Notes: a model not told the origin generated them from the sequence alone. Positions 9,464 to 20,128 are shown, counted from the first letter of the stretch. The stretch: DNA of 49,366 nucleotides from an uncultured Bifidobacteriaceae bacterium (GCA_964424455.1 CAYRJA010000004.1:19858-69223); one strand, 5' to 3'. Translations and numbers: made by a program.

Positions 9464-12400
9464 ATGAAAGGTAAAGGAATTGTTCAATTCTTTGCAATAG
9501 CGTTGATTCTGGTGTGTATATACCAGTTATCTTTTAATGTTGTTACCAGCAGGATTGAGTCGCGGGCAGATAAGTTTGCCAATTTAATAGTGCTGAAAGG
9601 AAAAACAGTAGAATCAGTTCTTCCGTCAGATAAGTTTAAAAGAGGAGCAGTTGAAGATTCTATTAATCGCGAACTGAAAAAATACAGACAGCAATATCTT
9701 GATTCTGTTTCTAATGAAGTGGTTTATAATATTGGAATAACTTCATTCACTTACCAGAAATGTAAAGAACAGCAGTTGAATCTTGGTTTGGATTTGCAGG
9801 GGGGAATGAATGTGGTACTGCAGGTTTCCATGCGTGATTTAATTCAGTCATTAGCTGACCATAATAAAGACACCACTTTCCTGAAAGCATTAGACCTTGC
9901 TGATAAAAATGAAAGTATTGAGTCACAAAAAGGATATGTAACACTTTTCGGAGAAGCATATAAAGAACTTTCACCCACAGGCAGACTTGCAGCCATCTTC
10001 AATACAAAAGATAATGCTGATAAAATCAAGTATAATTCTACCAATGAAGAAGTTTTGGCGGTGATAAAAACACAAGCAGATGATGCATTCAACCGCACCT
10101 ACAATATTCTTCGCTCGCGTATTGACAAATTTGGTGTTACACAGCCAAATATTACAGCACAACCTTCAACCGGAAGGGTAGTGGTGGAATTGCCCGGCGT
10201 TGACAACCCACAGCGTGTAAGAAAGCTATTACAGGCATCCGCTAAACTCGAATTTTGGGAAACTTATTCTGCACAGGAAATCTATCCTTATTTTGAAAGA
10301 GTAAATAAGGCGCTCGGCGCAAGACTGTCAGAATCTGAGAAAGGCGTTTCTAAAGACACAACTAACTTAACAGCAGAGAGTAATCCGCTGTTGAATGACT
10401 CCACGAAAGCAAAAGATTCTACACTTTCCAATCTGGTAAATAGCAGTACACCAAATGCGGATTCCTCTGCATTAGCAAAAAAGCAAATAGCGGAAAACCC
10501 ATTCTTCGCTCATGTTTATATACCGCAATATAAAGACGAGCAAGACGGTCAGCAAAAAATTGCTCCCGGACCCTCTGTGGGAATTGTACTTGGTAAGGAT
10601 ACCGCAAAAGTCAATAAGTATCTGAGTTATGATTTTGTAAAATCAGAACTGCCGCGGGATGTGAAATTCCTGTGGAGTGCAAAACCTTATGAAGGCACAC
10701 AATCCAGCTATGTACTCTACGCCATTCGCAAACCGGCAGGAGAAGAATCTGCTCCGCTTGAAGGAGATGCTGTGGTTAATGCCCGTCAGGATTTTGACCA
10801 GAACAACCGCCCGGAAGTGTCAATGACTATGAGTTCTGAAGGAGGTCGTGTATGGAAAAATCTTACAGCTAAAAACGTAAATAAGTCCATTGCGATTGTA
10901 CTTGATAATTATGTACAATCAGCGCCAAATGTCATCAATGAAATTCCAAACGGGCGTTCATCTATTACCGGAGGATTTACAATTGAAGAAGCTAAAGATT
11001 TGGCTAACATTCTTCAGGCAGGTAAACTTCCTGCACCGGCAAAAATCGTTGCAGAAGACTTGGTAGGTCCTTCGCTCGGAGAGGAATCCATACATGCAGG
11101 AATCAGGTCGGTAATCATTGCATTTATTGCCATCCTTGCTTTTATGGTTATGTATTACAATACTTCTGGTATTGTAGCAAATATTGCATTGTTTCTAAAT
11201 CTGTTTTTTATTATCGGAGTGCTTGCATCACTCAGTGCAACGCTTACCCTTGCCGGTATTGCCGGTATTGTATTAACAATGGGAATGGCTGTAGATGCCA
11301 ACGTGCTTATCCATGAAAGGATAAAAGAAGAATTGGCACATGGTAAAACACTGATTAAGGCAATCAATGATGGTCATCACCGATCTTATTCAGCCGTTTT
11401 TGATACACACTTAACTACGCTGATTACGGGGCTTATTCTTGCCTATTTTGGCTTGGGTCCGGTATTAGGGTACGCAACTACACTGAACATTGGAATCATT
11501 CTTACACTATTCACTGCCGTATTTCTTGCTCATCTGATTATGTACTGGTGGGTGAGTGGAAAAGGTCGCGATATGAAATTTTCGACGGCACTAACTCCTT
11601 CCAGGATCAACCATTTGAATATCCAATTCGTGAAGAAAAGAAAGTATGCGTATGTAATTTCAGGAACACTGGTTCTCATCAGTTTGATTTCCGTATTTAC
11701 AAAAGGGTTTGATTACGGTGTGGACTTTAAAGGAGGTCGTTCTTATGTCGTTCGTTTTGACCAGCCTGTAAATACCACAGATATCAGATCAGCAATTGAA
11801 AAAGTGGAAGGTGAAGCGCCCATCGTAAAGACTTATGGAGGTTCTAACAAAGTAAAAATTACCAGTGTGTTTTTAGTTGACAAACATGATACTAAAACAG
11901 ACAGTCTTGCAAGTGTTGCGCTGTATAATGGAGTAAAGGGATTCCTTGATCCCAATGTTACTTATGAACAGTTCAGAGATAAAAACATCCTATCTTCACA
12001 ACTTGTAGGTCCTACTATCTCTGACGAGATACGCAGAAGTGCAGTTAAAGCAATTATTTTTTCGCTCATAGGTATTTTCCTGTATATTCTGGTACGTTTC
12101 CGTAAATGGCAGTTTGCGTTGGGTGCCATCATAGCGCTGGCGCATGATGTGATAATAGTTATGGGCGCTTATTCATTGTTTTCCGGAGTTCTCCCGTTCA
12201 CACTTGAAGTAGATGAAACATTTGTGGCCGCTGCACTTACAGTAATGGGTTATTCAGTGAATGACACGGTAATTGTGTTTGATCGTATCCGTGAATTTTT
12301 GCGCGAACACCCGGCATCAGATATGAAGACACTGATTAATGATGCCATCAACAGTACGCTAAGCCGGACAATTATGACATCTGTTACAGTTCTGCTCGTT

Positions 12401-12604
12401 CTTCTTATTCTCTTTATTTTTGGCGGTGATGTTATCCGCGGATTTTCTTTTGCACTACTGGTAGGTATTGGTTTTGGAGTATATTCTTCCGTTTTTGTTG
12501 CTACTCCGATTGTAATTGATTTAACAAAAGATAAAGAGAAACTGAAAGCGGGCGTAGCCCCAACACCCAAAGCGCCGATGGCTTCAGCGACAAAAACGAA
12601 TTGA
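9464..12604 (+). CDS. secDF: Protein translocase subunit SecDF (fusion)
   Basis: LNLGLDLQGG, RIDKFGVTQP, GMAVDANVLIHERIKEE, GVDFKGG, GYSVNDTVIVFDRIRE. Confidence 0.98.
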   Translation: MKGKGIVQFFAIALILVCIYQLSFNVVTSRIESRADKFANLIVLKGKTVESVLPSDKFKRGAVEDSINRELKKYRQQYLDSVSNEVVYNIGITSFTYQKCKEQQLNLGLDLQGGMNVVLQVSMRDLIQSLADHNKDTTFLKALDLADKNESIESQKGYVTLFGEAYKELSPTGRLAAIFNTKDNADKIKYNSTNEEVLAVIKTQADDAFNRTYNILRSRIDKFGVTQPNITAQPSTGRVVVELPGVDNPQRVRKLLQASAKLEFWETYSAQEIYPYFERVNKALGARLSESEKGVSKDTTNLTAESNPLLNDSTKAKDSTLSNLVNSSTPNADSSALAKKQIAENPFFAHVYIPQYKDEQDGQQKIAPGPSVGIVLGKDTAKVNKYLSYDFVKSELPRDVKFLWSAKPYEGTQSSYVLYAIRKPAGEESAPLEGDAVVNARQDFDQNNRPEVSMTMSSEGGRVWKNLTAKNVNKSIAIVLDNYVQSAPNVINEIPNGRSSITGGFTIEEAKDLANILQAGKLPAPAKIVAEDLVGPSLGEESIHAGIRSVIIAFIAILAFMVMYYNTSGIVANIALFLNLFFIIGVLASLSATLTLAGIAGIVLTMGMAVDANVLIHERIKEELAHGKTLIKAINDGHHRSYSAVFDTHLTTLITGLILAYFGLGPVLGYATTLNIGIILTLFTAVFLAHLIMYWWVSGKGRDMKFSTALTPSRINHLNIQFVKKRKYAYVISGTLVLISLISVFTKGFDYGVDFKGGRSYVVRFDQPVNTTDIRSAIEKVEGEAPIVKTYGGSNKVKITSVFLVDKHDTKTDSLASVALYNGVKGFLDPNVTYEQFRDKNILSSQLVGPTISDEIRRSAVKAIIFSLIGIFLYILVRFRKWQFALGAIIALAHDVIIVMGAYSLFSGVLPFTLEVDETFVAAALTVMGYSVNDTVIVFDRIREFLREHPASDMKTLINDAINSTLSRTIMTSVTVLLVLLILFIFGGDVIRGFSFALLVGIGFGVYSSVFVATPIVIDLTKDKEKLKAGVAPTPKAPMASATKTN

Positions 12605-12623
12605 TTTCAATTTGAGAACAAAT

Positions 12624-12664
12624 GAAATGGCAGTAAAAATCTTTTTCGCTGCCATTTTCTTTTT
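12624..12664 (+). terminator. Intrinsic terminator after secDF, possibly bidirectional
   Basis: AAATGGCAG...CTGCCATTT inverted repeat followed by TCTTTTT, lying between convergent genes. Confidence 0.7.
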
Positions 12665-12710
12665 ATAGGCAGTTCTCATATTTGCGCATATTGAAATTGT
12701 TTTCGGATAC

Positions 12711-13001
12711 TTATCCGAACGTTACTTCCCTGATACAGCAAACAGGGAGTGCAACTCCTCCTTTCAGAATAATGTTTTTTTCTGTAACAGCCCAAATGGT
12801 AGTGAAGACTTCTTTTACCCCTTCAGTGGTTTCAAAAGTTATTTTTATCTTCGTGTAAAAAGTGTGTGAGAGTTGAGTCGCTCGCTGTAACATTAGCCGG
12901 CGGTTTAGAAAATCTTCAGTGCATTTTAGCACTTCTGATGAAACACACTTTAAGTTGGGAATTTTTTCTTTATTGATGCGTTCAGGTGTAGAAACTTCCA
13001 T
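12711..13001 (-). CDS. Conserved hypothetical protein (~96 aa)
   Basis: MEVSTPERINKEKIPNL...VKEVFTTIWAVTEKNIILKGGVALPVCCIREV resembles a small conserved Bacteroidota family. ATG 13001 is preferred over the track start 13112, which overlaps the divergent gene. Confidence 0.7.
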   Translation of the reverse strand: MEVSTPERINKEKIPNLKCVSSEVLKCTEDFLNRRLMLQRATQLSHTFYTKIKITFETTEGVKEVFTTIWAVTEKNIILKGGVALPVCCIREVTFG

Positions 13002-13096
13002 GAGAAACGTTTTGGTTGGTGCTTTTTCTACGATTAGAATACACATAGAGTTATACCTATTTATAGGTATATTTTGTTTTACTAAAAGTGTAGTCA

Positions 13097-13477
13097 ATGA
13101 TACAAATATCAAATAATGTTAAACTTACCTTAGTACTGGGGGCTTCCACTAACCATGGCAGGTATTCATTCCTTGCTGCGAAAAGTCTGTTGCAGCATGG
13201 ACATCCGGTTATATTAGTCGGAAGATCCGAAGGAGAAATTGATGGAAACAAAATTCATAAATCAATCCCGGACGATGTGAAAGTGGATACTGTAACACTT
13301 TACCTTAGTCCTGATAACCAAAAGCAATATTATCACCACATCATTAATCTGAAGCCAAAGCGTATCATTTTTAATCCCGGTGCTGAGAATCAGGAATTTG
13401 AGGAACTTGCTGCAGAAAACGGAATTGAAACGGAAGAGGCGTGTACGCTGGTGCTTCTCTCTATTGGGAAATACTAA
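13097..13477 (+). CDS. CoA-binding protein (YccU-like)
   Basis: TLVLGASTNHGRYSFLAA, VDTVTLYL, RIIFNPGAEN, EEACTLVLLSIG. Confidence 0.92.
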   Translation: MIQISNNVKLTLVLGASTNHGRYSFLAAKSLLQHGHPVILVGRSEGEIDGNKIHKSIPDDVKVDTVTLYLSPDNQKQYYHHIINLKPKRIIFNPGAENQEFEELAAENGIETEEACTLVLLSIGKY

Positions 13478-13559
13478 ATACAAGAATATATTATCATGTT
13501 TATGGAGTTTCTTTGATTAATACATCTTTATAGAAATAATTCTAAAAAATCAACACGCT

Positions 13560-15161
13560 ATGAAAAAGCTAATTGTTCTTACTCTTCTTGCATGGATTAA
13601 TGTTACAGCCCTTGCTCAAAAGAAAATGGAAGTAAAATCGGAGATAACATCTGTAACAGTCTATTTAACCGGAGCAGAAATTAATCGCCAGGCAGCCGCA
13701 AACATCAGTACCGGCACAACAGATGTAATCTTTACCAATTTACCTGCAAACTTGAATCAGCAAACTATTAATGTTTCTGCTGACAGTAAATTGATTATTC
13801 AGTCTATTCAATACCGTATGAATTATATGCAGTCACCGGAAATGAATATTGAAACTAAAAAATGGAAAGATTCATTAGACGTTGTCAATAAACTATTGGC
13901 ACAAGTGCAGGACAGAAAAGATGTATTAACATCAGAAACTCAGTTATTGGAAGCAAATCAAACTGTAACAGGACAAAACAGCGGAATGAATTTTGAAACA
14001 ATGAAACAATACCATGACTATTACATTCAGATGATGACCCAGAATAAAGCCAAACTGCTGGCAGAAGAAGAAACAGAAACAAAACTGAATGAAATAAAAC
14101 AACGACTTACAAAGCAATTAGCCGATTATCAGGCAAAACAGTTGCAGCCAAAAGGTGAAATATGGATTTCTGTGCATTCAGATAACCCGCTCAATGCTAA
14201 GTTTAATCTTAGCTATTTTGTTTACACTGCAGGGTGGAGTCCGGAATATGACTTACGCAGTGAGAGTATTAAAAGTAATGTAAAAATTACCTACAAAGCA
14301 AGATTATGGCAGAGTACAAATGAAGATTGGAGAAATGTAAAATTAAAGCTCTCATCCGGCAATCCTACGCTTGGAGCCGTTGGTCCCATATTTTCTACAT
14401 GGTATATGGATTATTACTATGGAAATACCGGAGGCAAAAGAATGGAGGGATTATCATTGAGTAATGCACCTTCTGTTACAGAAAAAATGAGCAAGAATGA
14501 AGATATATCTGAAACAAGCGCTAACTATACTTCCGTAAGTAACACTCAATTTGCAACTGAGTTTGATATTTCGATTCCCAGTACTATTCCATCTGATGGA
14601 GAACCACATCTTGTAAGCATTCAGAACTACGAACTTGCTTCTAATTACGAGTATTATACTATTCCAAAATTTGATTATGATGTGTTCTTAACTGCACAGA
14701 TAAGCGGATGGGAGAAACTGAATCTGCTTCCGGGTAATGCAAATATTTTCTTTGAAGGCAGTTATGTTGGTCAGAGTTATATAGATGTGAATAACACACA
14801 GGATACACTAAGTATTTTTCTTGGGCGGGATAAAAAGATTATTGTAAAGCGTGAGAAGGTAAAAGATTTTACAAAGAAACGGGTTATTGGAAGCATCTTT
14901 AAACAAACAGTTGCTTATGACATTTCCATCAGGAATACAAAATCCGAACCTGTTACAGTTAAGATTATTGACCAATATCCTATTTCAGCAAATAGTGAAA
15001 TAGAAGTAATATTAGAGGATGCAGGCGGTGCAACAGTAGATGCTGAAAACGGCAAGTTGACATGGAATCCATCACTGAAACCGAATTCAGAACAAAAATT
15101 CCGGTATTCATTCAGCGTTAAATTCCCTGAAAAAAAGAGAGTCTATGCTCCGCTATTTTAG
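13560..15161 (+). CDS. DUF4140/DUF4139 (mucoidy inhibitor MuiA-like) exported protein
   Basis: Signal peptide, SEITSVTVYLTGAEINR, coiled coil, LSYFVYTAGWSPEYDLR, QSTNEDWRNVKLKLSSGNP, LLPGNANIFFEGSYVG. Confidence 0.9.
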   Translation: MKKLIVLTLLAWINVTALAQKKMEVKSEITSVTVYLTGAEINRQAAANISTGTTDVIFTNLPANLNQQTINVSADSKLIIQSIQYRMNYMQSPEMNIETKKWKDSLDVVNKLLAQVQDRKDVLTSETQLLEANQTVTGQNSGMNFETMKQYHDYYIQMMTQNKAKLLAEEETETKLNEIKQRLTKQLADYQAKQLQPKGEIWISVHSDNPLNAKFNLSYFVYTAGWSPEYDLRSESIKSNVKITYKARLWQSTNEDWRNVKLKLSSGNPTLGAVGPIFSTWYMDYYYGNTGGKRMEGLSLSNAPSVTEKMSKNEDISETSANYTSVSNTQFATEFDISIPSTIPSDGEPHLVSIQNYELASNYEYYTIPKFDYDVFLTAQISGWEKLNLLPGNANIFFEGSYVGQSYIDVNNTQDTLSIFLGRDKKIIVKREKVKDFTKKRVIGSIFKQTVAYDISIRNTKSEPVTVKIIDQYPISANSEIEVILEDAGGATVDAENGKLTWNPSLKPNSEQKFRYSFSVKFPEKKRVYAPLF

Positions 15162-15182
15162 AGATAGTATTATCTGAGTTCC

Positions 15183-15220
15183 AAAGGGCTGAAACACTTT
15201 CTGTTCAGCCCTTTTGTTTT
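15183..15220 (+). terminator. Intrinsic terminator
   Basis: AAAGGGCTGAA / TTCAGCCCTTT perfect 11-bp stem followed by TGTTTT. Confidence 0.8.
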
Positions 15221-15295
15221 TAATTTGATATTCATATCTCACTTTTCATTTTGAGAAAAGTAATTTTATTTTTGTCCGAATCTTAAAATGACTGT

Positions 15296-17659
15296 ATGAA
15301 ATTGCTTTCGGGTTTTTGCCTGATATTCTGCCTGATGATAAAGTTTTCCTTTAGTCAGGACACTTCTAAAATTCTTTCCCCTTCAACTATTCAGTCATTA
15401 ATTAATTCAAAAAGTCCTCAACTCCAGCAGCTTGGAATAACCCCTCAACAGATTCAGAGCGCAACTGATCAGATATTGCCTGAACTGCAAAATGGCAATA
15501 CCGGACAAATTCAGGCAGGAAGCGCTCAGACAAAAACACAGACACCTGTAATCGTTCTCAACCAATCCGATACTATAATTAAGAAAGTACAGCCCCAGCA
15601 ACCGGAAGAGGAAAAACTTCCCCACTCAAATATTTTTGGTATTGACTATTTCAGAAATCAGATACTCAGCACATTCAATAAATCTTCTGATATGCAGGCT
15701 CCTGATAATTACATCATCGGAGTAGGAGATAAGCTTGCTGTAAATGTATGGGGCTATTCAAGTTTCAGTAGTGTTTACACAGTGGACGAAACCGGCTCTA
15801 TCTTTCCTTCTCAAACAGGAAAGATTTATGTAAAAGGACTGACATATAAAGATGCACAGGCATTAGTCAGGAGCCGCTTCGGTACTTTCTTAGATTTAAG
15901 AAATTCACAGATTGAAATTATTCTGACTTATTCAAGAGTTATTCAGGTGAATATTGTAGGTGAAGTGTTAACCCCAGGCACTTTTACAATGCCGGCAACC
16001 AATACAGTATTTAATGCATTGGTGGCGGCTCAGGGTCCTTCCAATACAGGTTCGCTGAGAAAGATTTATGTAAAGCGAAACGGACAAACTGCAAAGACAC
16101 TGGATGTGTACCAGTTTCTTTTGAACCCGGATGGGAAGGAAGATTATTTCTTACAGAACAACGATTATATTTTTGTTCCGCCTGTTAGCCGGCATGTTAA
16201 AATTGGAGGTGAAGTGCTTCGCCCCTATATATATGAATTGATTGAGAATGAAAACCTGATGAAACTGTTAGGCTATGCCGGTGGACTTACCAGTAAAGCT
16301 TACACAGGAAGTATTCAGATTGAAAGATATGTTGGCAACGAGTTTCGTTTAATTGATTTGAAGTTAGATAGTCTGAAAGAAGCAAAGGGTGATTTTGTGT
16401 TACAGAATGGAGATAATATTATTATCAATGCATTACCTGAGCAATTGTTAACATTAGTTAAAATCAACGGGCCTGTAGTACAACCGGGACAGTACTCTTT
16501 TACTGAGGGGGAAAAACTTTCAGATTTGTTTGCAAAAAATCCATTGCAAAAGAATGCATTATTAGACCGCGGTTATATCATTCGTACAGATGAAAATGAT
16601 TTTTCAAAAAAATATTTGTCATTTAACCCGGGGAATGTATTAAAGGATAAAAATTCTCCGGATAATCTTCAGTTACAGAATCTGGATGTAATAAATCTTT
16701 TTGCAAAGAACAATTACACCAATGAGTTTACCGTAAAAATTTCGGGAGCAGTAAGAAGCGAGGGTGAGTTTCCGTTTGGAGAAGGAATGACATTACAGGA
16801 TATTCTCTATTATTCAGGAGGATTGAGGCCTGAGGCAGCAAATAACAGAATTGAAATTTCCAGAGTAATTAAAACGGATGCAGATAAAAGTGTAACACCT
16901 ATCCATGTTATTGTACAAAGTATGGAGATAGGGAAAGACTTGTCTATTGATGCAGCAGCAGCAGGTTATAAATTAGAGCCGTACGATGAAATTGTAGTAA
17001 GAACTGTTGCAAATTACAAGCGTCCTGATAATGTTACTATCAATGGAGAAGTGCTTTATCCCGGAACTTATTCAATGCTTGATAAAACGGAACGAATCAG
17101 CAGTTTAATTAAGCGGGCAGGCGGTTTAACACAGTGGTCTTATGGTGAAGATGCTATTCTCTACAGAAAAAATGAAGACAAGGGGTTTGTACTGATGCAT
17201 TTAGACAGGGCATTAAAGAAACCGAATAACAAGTACGATTTTATTTTGCGTCCAGGTGATTTAATCACCATTCCGAAAGCCACGAACATTGTAACACTTG
17301 CAGGATGTATCCGCTTTCCGTTTGTGGACACACTGCATCAAATTAATGTTCCATATACACAGGGAAAAAGAGCCAAATTTTATATCAAAAAGTATGGATT
17401 AGGTTTTGATAAAAATTCAAAACGAGTAATGACTTATTCCATTAACAGCGGACAAAATGTAAAAGGGTGTCATCGTTTCTTGTTATTCAATGTTTATCCT
17501 AAGGTAGAGAATGGTGCAACTGTCTTTGTGCCGATTAAACCTTTGAAAGAGCGTGCGTTTGAAGAAAAGAATAAAGTGGATTGGAATTCAACGATTGAAA
17601 ATATTACAGTAAAACTTACTGCTATTGCAACACTTGCCATCCTGCTTGCCAGATTATAA
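15296..17659 (+). CDS. wza: Outer-membrane polysaccharide export protein (Wza/OPX with multiple SLBB domains)
   Basis: Poly_export motif PDNYIIGVGDKLAVNVWG, repeated SLBB units (VNIVGEVLTPG, VKIGGEVLRP, VKINGPVVQPG, VKISGAVRSEG, VTINGEVLYPG), amphipathic C-terminal helix. Confidence 0.9.
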   Translation: MKLLSGFCLIFCLMIKFSFSQDTSKILSPSTIQSLINSKSPQLQQLGITPQQIQSATDQILPELQNGNTGQIQAGSAQTKTQTPVIVLNQSDTIIKKVQPQQPEEEKLPHSNIFGIDYFRNQILSTFNKSSDMQAPDNYIIGVGDKLAVNVWGYSSFSSVYTVDETGSIFPSQTGKIYVKGLTYKDAQALVRSRFGTFLDLRNSQIEIILTYSRVIQVNIVGEVLTPGTFTMPATNTVFNALVAAQGPSNTGSLRKIYVKRNGQTAKTLDVYQFLLNPDGKEDYFLQNNDYIFVPPVSRHVKIGGEVLRPYIYELIENENLMKLLGYAGGLTSKAYTGSIQIERYVGNEFRLIDLKLDSLKEAKGDFVLQNGDNIIINALPEQLLTLVKINGPVVQPGQYSFTEGEKLSDLFAKNPLQKNALLDRGYIIRTDENDFSKKYLSFNPGNVLKDKNSPDNLQLQNLDVINLFAKNNYTNEFTVKISGAVRSEGEFPFGEGMTLQDILYYSGGLRPEAANNRIEISRVIKTDADKSVTPIHVIVQSMEIGKDLSIDAAAAGYKLEPYDEIVVRTVANYKRPDNVTINGEVLYPGTYSMLDKTERISSLIKRAGGLTQWSYGEDAILYRKNEDKGFVLMHLDRALKKPNNKYDFILRPGDLITIPKATNIVTLAGCIRFPFVDTLHQINVPYTQGKRAKFYIKKYGLGFDKNSKRVMTYSINSGQNVKGCHRFLLFNVYPKVENGATVFVPIKPLKERAFEEKNKVDWNSTIENITVKLTAIATLAILLARL

Positions 17660-17681
17660 AAGTGAAAAAATACGGATATAA

Positions 17682-18779
17682 ATGAGTGAACAAATTATCC
17701 ATAAAGACGAGACTGAAATAGACTTTGTCGCAATAGGTGATCGTATAAAGAAGTCGTTCTTCTATCTACTTAGAAGATGGTGGATTATATTAATAGCTGT
17801 TGTTATTGGAGGAATACTGGGATTAGCATTATCAAAATGGTACGGAACAAAATATGTAGCTAACGCAGCTTTTACAGTGCAGGGGCAATCGCAAACTTCG
17901 GCAGTACTTAACTCAGCGCTGTCACTCGCTTCCTCACTGGGATTAGGAAGTAAAAGTTCCGGCGGTGATTATGACAATAACTTTTTTGCCAGCTTAATTC
18001 AATCGAGACGGGTGCTGAAAGAAAGCCTCCTGGAGAAAGATGTAGTTAATGGAAATAAAGCCACGTTGGCAGAACATTATATACGCATTTACGGAATGGA
18101 CAAAACAATATTGGGCAATGAGTCATTTCTTTCTGATTTTTCGTTTAAGCACTTTACGCTTAATTCCCTTACTGCTGCGGAGGATAGTGTTTTGACTATA
18201 GTTTACAATAAAATTATAAATAAGAATTTAGTGGTTAATTACGATGACAGCAAGCCGTTCAATGCTGTTACACTTACCACCTATTCAAGAGACCTGTCAA
18301 AGAATCTGATGAAGCATTTGATTAATAATACTTCAAGGTATTACATGGAAAATATTTACGAGTTGAATAATAGCAACCTGAAAATTGCGGAGTTCCGGCT
18401 TGATTCACTCTCCAATGCGCTGAAAGAAATGGATAACAAAGTAGCAGCGATGAAAGACAATGCTAATAATATTATAAAGCAATCAGGATTAGTTGCATTA
18501 AATGCCGCCATCAGAGACCAGGGGCTTTTAAATATTCAGTATTCATCTGCTGTGAATAATTATGAACTTGCCAAAGTAGCATTGATAACAAACATTCCCA
18601 TTCTGAATGTTATAGATGCTCCTTCATTTTCTACAGAAGTAAAATTTATCCCTATGATAATAGCCATAATCGTAGGAGGATTTTTAGCTGGGTTATTTGT
18701 TGGCGGATTTTTGTGGATGAGATTCCTTATTGTAGGTAAAACAAGAAATATGAAAGCGCCTGCAACTCCTGATAATTAA
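17682..18779 (+). CDS. Polysaccharide co-polymerase / chain-length determinant (Wzz/GumC-like, no kinase domain)
   Basis: EIDFVAIG N-terminus, two TM helices flanking a coiled-coil periplasmic region, PILNVIDAP motif, short C-tail lacking Walker A. Confidence 0.85.
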   Translation: MSEQIIHKDETEIDFVAIGDRIKKSFFYLLRRWWIILIAVVIGGILGLALSKWYGTKYVANAAFTVQGQSQTSAVLNSALSLASSLGLGSKSSGGDYDNNFFASLIQSRRVLKESLLEKDVVNGNKATLAEHYIRIYGMDKTILGNESFLSDFSFKHFTLNSLTAAEDSVLTIVYNKIINKNLVVNYDDSKPFNAVTLTTYSRDLSKNLMKHLINNTSRYYMENIYELNNSNLKIAEFRLDSLSNALKEMDNKVAAMKDNANNIIKQSGLVALNAAIRDQGLLNIQYSSAVNNYELAKVALITNIPILNVIDAPSFSTEVKFIPMIIAIIVGGFLAGLFVGGFLWMRFLIVGKTRNMKAPATPDN

Positions 18780-18807
18780 TTCAATATTATTGATTTCATT
18801 TGCGCTC

Positions 18808-19559
18808 ATGACAAATTTGTTATCCCGGCTATTCGGCAGTAAAAAAAAAACACTTCACCTGAGTTAAGGGTGGTAGTGGATATTCACTCCCATTTTATTC
18901 CCGGTATTGATGATGGTGTTCAGTCAAAAGATGAATCATTACACCTGATTACTCAGATGAGTCATCTGGGGTACAAGAAACTGATAACCACTCCTCATAT
19001 TTTCTTTGGAGTGTATAACAACACACCGGAAATTATTCTTTCCGGATTAGAAAAAATGAGAGATGCCGTCCGAAGCGCCGGATTAAATATCCAGCTCGAA
19101 GCTGCCTCTGAATATTTTTTCGATGAGAAATTTATTGAGAGTGTAAAAAAAAGCAATCTGCTTACATTCGGAGATAAATATGTTTTGTTTGAGCTTGCAT
19201 CAATGACAAAACCACCACAACTGGAGGAAATGGTATTTGAGTTAAATACACTCGGATACAAACCGGTACTTGCCCATCCTGAGCGGTATGTTTATTTTCA
19301 CACCCCCGATTTAGAGGAGTATCACAAGTTGCATGACATGGGTTTATTATTTCAGTTGAATGTCTTATCACTTGCAGCATTTTATTCTGTACCTATTCGG
19401 AAATATGCGCGCCAGCTTATCAAGAGCGGTTTAGTGGACTTGGTCGGGTCAGATATGCATAATCAAAGGTATCTTAACGAGTTTAAGTTTGCCTTAGAGG
19501 ATAATTACTACATTGACCTGATTAATTCAGGAAAAATATTAAATAACCAACTACTGTAG
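18808..19559 (+). CDS. cpsB: PHP-family tyrosine-protein phosphatase (CpsB/CapC), apparently frameshifted at an A10 tract near the 5' end
   Basis: DIHSHFIPGIDDG, TTPH, LAHPERY, GSDMH. ATG 18808 (MTNLLSRLFGSKKK) reaches TAA unless one A is added at 18841-18850, which gives ...KKKNTSPELRVVVDIHSH and a 250-aa protein. In-frame GTG at 18870 is the alternative start. Confidence 0.85.
18841..18850 (+). repeat. A10 homopolymer inside the 5' end of cpsB
   Basis: Ten consecutive A, the longest homopolymer I noticed in the window. Confidence 0.95.
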
Positions 19560-19565
19560 CAGTTT

Positions 19566-20120
19566 ATGCCGTTTGTAAAAACAGAATTTCCAGGGCTTGT
19601 AATATTTGATCCTGTAATCTTTAAAGACAACAGAGGATACTTCTACGAAAGTTTCAACGCACGAACTTTTGAGAAGGAAGGAATCACGCAGCCGTTTGTA
19701 CAGGATAATCAGTCCTTTTCAGAAAAGGGAACTTTGCGCGGACTCCATTACCAACTGGAACCTTATGCACAGGCAAAATTAGTCAGGGTAATTGATGGAG
19801 AAGTTTTGGATGTGGCAGTGGATCTTCGTGCAGGTTCTCCAACATTCAAAAAATCATTCAGTATTATTTTGTCCGGAGAAAATGCCAAACAGTTATATGT
19901 GCCTCGCGGATTTGCACACGGATATGCCGTACTGAGTGAAACAGCAACATTCTTTTACAAGTGTGACAATTTCTATTCAAAAGAAAACGAAGGAGGAATT
20001 CATTATGCTGATCCGGAATTGATGATTGATTGGATGCTGGATGAAAAAGAAATTCTTCTTTCAGAAAAAGACAAAGCGAACCCTTTGTTTAAAAATGCAA
20101 AAATGAATTTTGTTTATTAA
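19566..20120 (+). CDS. rfbC: dTDP-4-dehydrorhamnose 3,5-epimerase
   Basis: DNRGYFYESF, FVQDNQSFS, TLRGLHYQ, YVPRGFAHG, YKCDNFY. Confidence 0.97.
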   Translation: MPFVKTEFPGLVIFDPVIFKDNRGYFYESFNARTFEKEGITQPFVQDNQSFSEKGTLRGLHYQLEPYAQAKLVRVIDGEVLDVAVDLRAGSPTFKKSFSIILSGENAKQLYVPRGFAHGYAVLSETATFFYKCDNFYSKENEGGIHYADPELMIDWMLDEKEILLSEKDKANPLFKNAKMNFVY

Positions 20121-20128
20121 TACATCAG

